Assembly: GCA_951406725.2 (NCBI GenBank)
Contig: OX597835.1
Span: 49,104,001-49,168,000, forward strand
DNA length: 64,000 nt
Source: Octopus vulgaris
Taxonomy: Eukaryota
Reading direction: 5' to 3'
Shown: positions 53,621 through 64,000 of the stretch, piece after piece
How the letters are laid out: every line of letters starts with the position of its first letter
Position numbering within the stretch: position 1 is the first letter of the stretch
The notes under the pieces: generated by a model
What the model saw: the letters and a program-made list of their open reading frames with translations, nothing else
Database searches by the model: none
What the model was told of the DNA's origin: nothing
Made by a program: the position numbers and the translations under genes

Positions 53621-54518
53621 ACATACATGCATGCAAAACATTTACACACACATACACACAAAAAACATACATGTAAGCATACATACATACATACATACAT
53701 ACACATACATACATAAACACACACATACATACATATATACACACACACATAATACATACATACATACACACATAATACATACATATATACACACACACAT
53801 AATACATACATACATACATACATACATACACACATAATACATACATATATACATACACACATAATACATACATATATACACACACATATAATACATACAT
53901 ACACACATACATAATACATACATACATACATACACACACATACATACATACATACATACACACATAATACATACATATATACACACACACATAATACATA
54001 CATACACACATAATACATACATATATATACATACACACATAATACATACATATATACACACACATATAATACATACATACACACATACATAATACATACA
54101 TACATACACACACATACATACATACATACATACATACATACACACACATACATACATACATATATACACACACATAATACATACATATATACACACACAC
54201 ATATAATACATACATATATACACACACACATACATACATACACACACATAATACATACATACATACACACACATACATACATACTTACATACATATATAC
54301 ACACACACATACATACACACACATACATACATACTTACATACATATATACACACACACATAATACATACATGCATACATACATACACACACACATACATA
54401 CATACATATATACACACACACATATACATACATACATACACATACATACATACATACATACATACATACATACATACATACATACATACATACATACATA
54501 CATACATACATACATACA
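53621..54518. repeat. Complex (ACAT)/(AC)/(ATA) array with recurring ~25-bp higher-order units
   Basis: Recurring CACATAATACATACATATATACAC-like blocks. Confidence 0.9.
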
Positions 54519-55929
54519 TTATTTCTTGTCTCATTCACACCCTGAACACAGAGTTATTAGTCTGTCAACGCCCTGCGGCCCGTCAAAAGGACACGCCAAA
54601 AATAACAAATGTTTTGGTGATTTCGCTCCGGCCTTTTTGACCTTTGACACAGCTCGACGCTAAAGAAACATGTAAAATGACAGACGGACACACAGACAGA
54701 CGGACGGACGGACACGGTTGTCAGACAAAACAACAAGTGTTATGATGACCACCGGAAATGTAACGAACGCCGCCGATATTTCACAGCTACATGAAGGAGA
54801 GGGTGCTGAGGGAGGTGTGGGAAGAGGAGGTAAAGCGCGGGAGGCGTGGAGAGAGGAGGCGGAGGGGAAGTAGTAGCAAGATTGGGAATGTGTGGGGGGA
54901 GGGGAGTTGAGAGGAAATTGCGAGAATGAAGTAGAAAGGGGTGAGGAGTTGGTTGATGGGTGGTGGTGGTGGTGGTGATGATAATGGAGGGGGATGCAGA
55001 GAAAAATGATGAGAAGTGCTGTAGGTGTGGGGGGGAGGAGTGACGGGTAATAGGTGAAGGGGTAGGAGGTAAAGGGGAGGTGCGAGAGAGATGCGGCAGG
55101 AGTAGGAAATAAACAACAACCCCGACCGCACCCCGAAAATCTGCCGCAGTTGTCTTTGGTAGGGGAAGACGGTGAGGGTTAGAGAGAATAAAAAGCACTG
55201 CCATAGTCTCCATCTACCCGTTTCGTCACCCGCTACCACCCCACACTCCCACCCCACCATGTCACCCAATTGGTAAATCCATTAAAAGGTCAAATAGAGA
55301 CAAATTTTTTTTTAAAGAATGACCGAGTAGTTGAGGGAGGGAAACGCAAAGGTGGGGGGGGTATAATTTCGCACCCTATAAACACAGCCACACACACTCG
55401 CGCGCGCGTGCGCGCAAATACATACACACATGCGCGCACACACAAAAGCATGTACGCACGAACACCCGCCTAATTTTCCCGACTGTCTTTCAGATCCCGA
55501 CAACAAGAGCAGAGATAAAGACCACTAACCACCGCCAACACCAGCACAATCCATCAAACCTATCTCTATGTGTGAGTGCAAAGATCTGCTAAAAACAACA
55601 GCCAAGAACCTTGATATTTTTTGGTTATCTCAACCCCATTAAAAATTGGGTTATTTCCCTCGTTTTTCGAGAGATATCGGTACTTTTGGTCATGTCCCTC
55701 ATCTAAAAAAATGTTTAACCCTCAATTAAAAAAAAAATTTAATTAATAAGCATGAAAACGGAAAAAAATTAAACATCTTATTGAAATCTAATAACATTTT
55801 CATAACAAATCATAGCATATCTATTGAGCGGGGGGGGGCAAAAGTCAACAATGTGTTGAAGTATTGAATCAAAAGGCTCCAACTCTTTTAATCCAATCTC
55901 TTGTCAAAATCTCCTTTACTGTGTCGAGA

Positions 55930-56219
55930 ACGATGAAAACTTTTTAAAAACTTTGCGTAGGGCTCTGAGCAGACATTGCCAAGCTTTATGCAAAATTTGA
56001 TGCAGGTCCTCTGCTCAACTTTCTCTGCCATGGTCAATGCGACTATCAAACGCTACACACGTTCCTTCCAAGCATTGCTGTAAACAGCGGAAGGAAGCTA
56101 GAACGTTAAAACTTAGTGCGCATGCACGGCAGAGTTGAAGGTCAATCTGCACGAAGTAGCTTCACTCTCCGTGCTTTGTGACTATAGCAACAGACCGAAT
56201 ACTTATTGATCAGACCACG
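55930..56219 (-). mobile_element. mariner 5' end (TIR and transposase start)
   Basis: TA|CGTGGTCTGATCAATAAGTATTCGG TIR-like end; ATG at 56031: MAEKVEQRTCIKFCIKLGN. Confidence 0.75.
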
Positions 56220-56444
56220 TATATATGCATACATGTAGGAAGAATCAAACTTTCATGTGACCCCGCCTCCAGACTTGACGCCGTTCCATCTCAGGATTGC
56301 TTGTGAAATAAAGTGTCTTGCTCAAGAACACAGCGCATCATCCGGTCCAGGAATCAAAACCACAATCTTACGATCAGGAATGCACACACATACGACCCGC
56401 TTTGATATATGTATATATATATTAAGTATAGGAAAGAATGGAGC

Positions 56445-56690
56445 TGAACGAAGATTTAACAAAATTCCTTTATTTTATTTTCTACATATGTTTCGAAGTC
56501 TGCAAAGTCCTTAATTCCGATTGAATAAGGAATCCATTTTGCAGCTTTCTCTTCAGGAAAATCCAGGAACTTAATTCTCCAACAAAATGCACAACAAGCT
56601 TTTCGACAAACGCTCACGAGGTTGTGATTTTTGCTACCCAGGTATCGGTTATCTTTTGAATTATCCGTAATAAGATAATTCATTTATCTA
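56445..56690 (-). mobile_element. Penelope-like 3' end / pLTR
   Basis: NYLITDNSKDNRYLGSKNHNLVSVCRK resembles the LN.R.E.VS.CRH end of some PLE endonucleases; HHR and AATAAA follow. Confidence 0.5.
56477..56562 (-). ncRNA. Type I hammerhead ribozyme, apparently intact
   Basis: ATTTTC-CTGAAGA-[GAAAGCTGCAAA...TCCTTA...TAAGGA.TTTGCAGACTTC]-GAAA-CATATG-TA-GAAAAT: 6-bp stem I, long stem II, palindromic stem III, GUA triplet, AATAAA immediately after. Confidence 0.85.
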
Positions 56691-56693
56691 CTT

Positions 56694-56747
<54 letters not shown>

Positions 56748-56749
<2 letters not shown>

Positions 56750-56918
56750 TACGACGGGCTTCTTCCGGTTTCCGTCTACCAAATCCACTCACAAGGGGCT
56801 TTGGTCGTCCCACGGCTATAGCAGAAGACACCACCTGCCCAAGGTGCCGCGCAGTGAGACTGAACCCGGATCCATGTGGTTGAGAAGCAAACTTTCTACC
56901 ACACAACCACACCCCCGC
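56748..56918 (-). mobile_element. SINE family A, 5' half
   Basis: ACGACGGGCTTCTTCCGGTTTCCGTCTACCAAATCCACTCACAAGG. Confidence 0.85.
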
Positions 56919-57279
56919 CTCTGCGTACTTCTATTTTTTAACGATGATGCTATTCGATGAACATCTTTTTGCTATTTCTATGAGATGAAGATGCGCCTGG
57001 CATGCTTTTTGTAGTGATGTACTTTATTACTGTTGTTGTTGCCCGCCCCTTGATAAACATTCAGTATCTCAAACGACCTATAATCATCAGTATTCCAGCT
57101 TTGACCATCCTGTCCATTTTAATATTCTCAACTACACTATCCAACAATTCTTCAATTCTTCAATTTTTTTAAGATTGTACAATGTCATTTAACTACTATT
57201 TTCGGCTGATCAATCCATCAAATAGCGGCTTCCCCTTTAAATATCGTTCTGGTGTTGCTGTTATTGTTGCTGTTGTTTA

Positions 57280-57465
57280 TGTTTATTCCCAGGCCAGCAC
57301 TATCCAGTACTATTATGATCAAAGGCATTCCAACCGTGACCATTCTCGGTCTTTCGGCATATCCAAGACTAAATAACGCAATGCCCTGCGCTCTTTTCTA
57401 GGCATTATGGTGCGAACTGAGATTTAGCAGTTACTTCTAGCAGGTCAAGCGACCACGTTAGGCTT
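57280..57465 (+). repeat. Unclassified interspersed repeat (related pieces at 16760-16830, 18020-18115 minus, 59468-59640)
   Basis: CCCAGGCCAGC...TATGATCAAAGGCATTCC...GATTTAGCAGTTACTTCTAGCAGGTCAAGCGACC recurs in degenerate form. Confidence 0.5.
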
Positions 57466-58032
57466 CGCTCTTTAACTCGTCCACCGGGGTTGGGTGGGGT
57501 GGAAGCTGGATGTCCATACAGGAGGGAAGGACTGTTTATATGTATATATGTTGAGTAGTGGTAATTACGTTGTACATAAAAACACGAGATGGATTTGGTG
57601 AGAGAGGAGGGGCGATTGTGACGACAGTGAGTCGACGTCGAAGGGAGCGTATGTGCTATCACTGGTTGTACGTATGTATGTATGAATGTTGTTATGTATG
57701 CGCGTATGTGTGTATGAATGTTGTGTATGCTGGTCATATGTTCACAGACAAATGTGTTTATGCTGAAATATTAGGGAGACGCCATTTTGATACTGGCGGA
57801 AATGTGTGTGTAGCGGTGTGGTGCTGTGGTATTAATGATGGTGATAGTTTGAATGTGTGTGTGTGTGTGTGTGTTAGTCCGTGTACATACACACACGTAT
57901 GCGCAGACACACACATACACACGTGCGTGACGGTGTTTCAAAAGTTTTGAATCTATGATACTTTACGAAATGATCATTTAAGATCTTTTTTTTTTTTGTC
58001 TTATAATTAATTACATTTAAAGGTAAAGGTAA

Positions 58033-58490
58033 GGAGTGTGTGTGGTAAGAAGCTTGCTTACCAACTATGTGGCTCTGGGTTCAGTCCCAGTGCATAGCAC
58101 CTTGGGCAAATGTCTTCTGCTATAGCCTCAGGCCGGTTAAAGTCTTGTGAGTGGATTTGGTAGGTGGAAACTGAAAGAAGCCCATCGTGTATATGTATAT
58201 ATATATATATATATATACATGAATGTATTTATGTATGTATTTATATGTGTGTGTGTGTGTCTGTCTGTCTGTTTTTGTCCCACCACCACCACCACCACGA
58301 CTTGCTAATCAGTTTTAGTATGTTAACGTCTCCGTAAATTAATGGTTCGGCAAAGACATCAATAGAATAAGTACCAGGCGTTCAAAACTAAATGTACTGG
58401 AATCGATTCTTTCGACTAAAAATTCTTCAAAGTGGTGCCCCAGGATGGCCGCAATCACATGACTGAAAGAGGTAAAAAAGATAAAAAGAT
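58033..58490 (+). mobile_element. SINE family A, full length
   Basis: Homologous to 15952-16350 including the internal microsatellite. Confidence 0.87.
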
Positions 58491-58716
58491 ATATATAAAG
58501 AGAACACGTGTGTGCGTGGGGGGGTGAGTTTATATATTGTACTCTCTTTTCATACTTACGCCATACCCGGGGCCAACACTAGAGTTGGATCCACGATTTA
58601 AAGTGGATTTGTAGCTCACAATATATTGCCAACACGTGGCACCGTCATTGTCGTTGACCTTATTGTGAGCTCTGTGCTATTTCACACCTAGCTAACTCTG
58701 CTTCCTACCTGTTGAT

Positions 58717-59022
58717 TAGGCTTCTCAAAACCAGAAAGGAGAAAGGTAACAGATCCAATCCATCACTGGAGCTCTAAAAGTCTGTACATCTTTCCAGAAG
58801 TTTATCATTTAAATATATTCATGAGCATGTCTAGACATGCATGAGAAAGCATGCAGAAAACATATCTGCGCATCCACTGACTCGAAATATTGCACATATA
58901 CTTGCATACATGCAAAAATACCTTTTTGATGCTGTTGAAATTGCAGTGAATGACCTTGGATCTAGGTTAGAAACCGGTTCTTTCTCTGATGGCAAGAAAT
59001 CTTTAAATAAAACTGAATAATG
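58717..59022 (+). mobile_element. RLE-type LINE 3' fragment (same family as 52971-53620), followed by (ACAT)n to ~59210
   Basis: TAGGCTTCTCAAAACCAGAAA...AAGTTTATCATTTAA...TCTAGGTTAGAAACCGGTTCTTTCTCT...GGCAAGAAATCTT.AAATAAAACTGAATAATG. Confidence 0.82.
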
Positions 59023-60119
59023 ACATACATACAAACATACATAAATGCACGCATGCATAATACATACATACATACATGGATGCATACATACATACATACA
59101 AACATACATGCATACATACATACATACATACATACATACATACATACATACATACATACATACATACATACATACATACATACATACATACATACATACA
59201 CTCACACATACATAAGCTTTCTTCACTTAGGAATGTTTACAAAATGCTTCATCCGCCAAGTGCTTCTGTTCAGAATAACTGAACTGTCTACATTTGTTTA
59301 TATATATACATTTAGCACAGTTTATTTTGATACACCTAGTATTTATGTATTCAGAGCGTATACTAGCGGTGTGTATAATTTATACAACAGTGTACTCACC
59401 ACATACAGCAAACCAAGCATGGGGTGGCGGGCATAAAGGGTTTGGATGATGTTGGTGGCGTTGTTATTTAGCCCCAGGCCGGCAATGATCGAGAAGACTC
59501 GTGAACGAAGACATAGTCATCTCATCTTTTTGATCCAGAACTATTCTATCCTCTTAAATGTCTTTTCTATTTTAAGACGGTACGGAACGATTTGGGGAGG
59601 TTTTAGCTGTCATTTTTAGCATATCAAGTGATCAGGTAGACAGACGTTTCATCCGTCGACACGTTGGGGTTGTGAATGGTACAAGCAGTGGTGGTTAATG
59701 GGGCGATGGTTGATGTTAGCTGTGTAGTGTGGTGATGGTGGTGGTGGTGGTGGTGGCGATGGTACAAGAATAATTTTTAAAATACTCAGCACAAGATGGT
59801 GCCGCTGAAATGCTTCATCTGTGTATAATAATGTGTATGTGTGATTGTATGTATGCATGTATGTATGTATGTATATATGCATGTATGTATAAGTCTGTAT
59901 GTATATGTGTGTGATTATGTATGTGAGCTCAAGCCTACTCAGCTAAAGGTGGGTCAGCAGAATCGTCAGCCAATCTGGTAAACTGCTCGGCAGCCTTGTG
60001 TTCGAGCTCTTTATACTCTGGGTTCAAATGCCACCGAGATCAATTGTTGCCTTTAATCCCCACCAGTCTGCCAGTTGAATGCCTTAAGAAGGAGGAGGAG
60101 GAGGTAGAGGGGGGATAAA

Positions 60120-60330
60120 AAGAAGAAGAAGAAGAAGAAGAAGAAGAAGAAGAAGAAGAAGAAGAAGAAGGAGAAGAAGAAGAAGAAGAAGAAGAAGAAG
60201 AAGAAGAAGAAGGAGAAGGAGAAGGAGAAGAAGAAGAAGAAGAAGAAGAAGAAGAAGAAGAAGAAGAAGAAGAAGAAGAAGAAGAAGAAGAAGAAGAAGA
60301 AGAAGAAGAAGAAGAAGAAGAAGAAGAAGG
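60120..60330. repeat. (GAA)n microsatellite
   Basis: Direct reading. Confidence 0.97.
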
Positions 60331-60350
60331 AAGGAGGAGGAGGGGGAGGA

Positions 60351-61363
<1,013 letters not shown>

Positions 61364-61772
61364 CCCTTCGAAATTTTGGGGAGTGGGGGATTAGTCGATT
61401 ACATTGACCCCAGTGTTTCACTGGTACTTGATTTATCGACCCCGAAAGGATGAAAGGCAAAGTCGAACTGGCGGAATTTGAACTTAGAACGTAACGACCA
61501 GCACGTTAACGATTCTGCAACTTCGCCAATAATAATATTATTAATGATAATAATAATCCTTTCTATTATAGGCGCAAGGCTTGAAATTTTGTGGGAGGGG
61601 ACCAGTTCATTACATCGACCCCCATTGCATAACTGGTACTTAATTTATCGTCCCCGAAAGGATCAAAGGCAAAGTCGACCCCGACGGAATTTGAACTCAA
61701 AGTACGAAGACAGACGAAATACCGCTAAGCATTTAGCAAGGAGTGCTAACGATTCTGCCAGCTCGCCGCCTT
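61364..61772 (-). mobile_element. Two tandem SINE family B copies, (TTA)-tail type (61364-61528; 61555-61772)
   Basis: CTGGTACTT.ATTTATCG.CCCCGAAAGGAT.AAAGGCAAAGTCG...GGAATTTGAACT occurs twice; head GATTCTGCCAGCTCGCCGCC. Confidence 0.87.
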
Positions 61773-61830
61773 AATAGTAATAGTAATAATAATGATTATA
61801 AATAATAATGATAATGATAATAATAATAAC

Positions 61831-61897
<67 letters not shown>

Positions 61898-62020
61898 CAA
61901 AACTTCCTTTTTTTATTTGTCACAAGGGTACACATACACAAAGATTGCAAAACTATATACAATCAGTACAGCACAATACAATAACAGAGAAATAAAATAG
62001 ATTAACAATAATAATAATAA

Positions 62021-62067
<47 letters not shown>

Positions 62068-62560
62068 CGAAATGACAACAACTACAGTAGCACATTGTAG
62101 AGTGTGTGCGTGTATGTGTGTGTGCGTGCGTGCGTGTAAGCTTGTGTGTGCGCGCGTGTGTATTTGTGAGTGTGCGTGTGTGTGTGTGTGTACATCGGCA
62201 AAACGAATGTCAATAAATGTTAATAAATCTTAATAAAAGTTGCAAAGAATTTGTATACACATAAATATGATGTATAAGAAAGAATAAGCGTGTATATAGC
62301 AGAATCATGTATGCACACACGCACCCACCGACACAGACACACACTCGCGTGCGTGCAGAGAGGCACAAACACTCACACATATACACACACAACCCGTACA
62401 GATAACGAATAATTCGCATCGAATAACACGGTGGACAAATCCATTGAAAATTGTTCATTCGAAATATATATATTTAAGTAATTTCATCAAATATATATCA
62501 TATGGTTTTTCCCCCCGCATAATATATTTATACATACATATATATGAATGTGTATGTGTG

Positions 62561-62631
<71 letters not shown>

Positions 62632-62827
62632 ATGTATATATGTATGTATGTAGTTGTTCTTCCTCCTTCTTTCTGTTTTCCTTTTCCATTTTCCTTCTTT
62701 TTTTGCGTTATTATTCCCCGCTTTTCTTTGCTATTATATATTTTTCTTTCTTCGTTTCGTTTCGGCTTCCATTTATATTTTTGTCCATCACAACGTCTGA
62801 CTTCTTTTGTCAGCCATTACATTTCAT

Positions 62828-62882
62828 ATATTATATTATATTATATTATATTATATTATATTATATTATGTTATATTATATC
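62828..62882. repeat. (TATTA)n pentanucleotide repeat
   Basis: Direct reading. Confidence 0.9.
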
Positions 62883-63031
62883 CTATTATACTCTATTCTA
62901 TTCTGCGTTCAATATTTGGCAATACGTGGCATCTATAAGCGGCAGTTATTGACCCGGGTTTGGGGGTATTCAAATATATGCGCATTTGTGTGTTTGTGTG
63001 AGAGTGCATGTATCTCTATACACACACACAC

Positions 63032-63112
<81 letters not shown>

Positions 63113-63131
63113 TATGTATGTATGTATGTAT

Positions 63132-63176
<45 letters not shown>

Positions 63177-63488
63177 ATATATATATAAGTATATATATAT
63201 ATATATATATATGCGTGTATATGTATATGTACATGCCGGCATGTGGAAGAGGAACATGAATCTTTGTTGAGGTAATTTGACGTTAAAACATATTTAGTAA
63301 AAGAAAACACATTCACACACACACACGCTCACACACATACACACGCGCACGTACACACATGCAACACACACACACACACCCACCAGTCGCATATACACAA
63401 TAACGAACAACACAATACGGAAGATAGTTGAATGCTATTAAAATATAACATACATACATATAAACACATAGTCAAACACAAACGCATA

Positions 63489-63550
<62 letters not shown>

Positions 63551-64000
63551 TCTATACATGTACGTGCGTATGTTTATAAGTATATACCTATGTACATATC
63601 GATAAATACTCACACATATACGCATACATACCTATGTACGTTACATACATGATAAAATGTTATCAATGTGCTTGTCGGTTTTTTAGAGTGTTTTTGCGCA
63701 TGTCGTTTTCTCTGTTGCTCGGTAAGTTTCGGAGTGTGTACAGTGTGTGTGAGTGTGTGTGTGTGTGTGTGTGTACAGTGTGTGTGGGAGAGAGATGGTG
63801 TGTGCTTTGGTGAAATCTCTTAAGAATCTCATAACTGTGCTTTTGGATTGGCACTCAAATGTTTTAAGTTTGTCTTTTTCTCTCAATAAATGTTTATAAA
63901 AATTTCAACGTTCAAATGACGAGGACATATATGTACATTAGTAGTCATAAACGTAGGTTTTCTTATGTATGTGTGCGTGCGCGCGCACGTGTATTTATGT

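Overview
Eukaryotic, AT-rich, non-coding DNA (intron or intergenic) saturated with microsatellites ((TA)n, (CA)n, (AG)n, (ATAC)n, (ATAG)n, (AAT)n, (AAG)n). No host protein-coding exon, rRNA, intact tRNA or CRISPR array could be supported; almost all listed ORFs are translated microsatellites. The repeat mix looks like an octopus or other coleoid cephalopod genome (inference from memory, not a search). Recognisable content is transposon debris: at least 4 tRNA-headed SINE families; a near-complete DD34D mariner with TIRs (31653-32935), five other mariner remnants and a DD41D-type fragment; a MITE; a non-autonomous Helitron; 5'-truncated LINEs (CR1-like, L1/Tx1-like, Dong/R4-like, and a second restriction-like-endonuclease (RLE) lineage); and Penelope-like remnants. 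Most notable: (1) about ten hammerhead-ribozyme (HHR) motifs, one apparently intact (56477-56562, minus); (2) an RLE-type LINE lineage whose 3' UTR appears to hold an HHR or HHR-like fold followed by AATAAA, and which is tied to (ACAT)n microsatellites; (3) two LINE/SINE 3'-tail partnerships visible inside the window, one with compensatory stem changes and one with long TSDs sharing a GGT target; (4) several local inverted duplications able to form dsRNA. All family assignments come from manual motif reading and need database confirmation.
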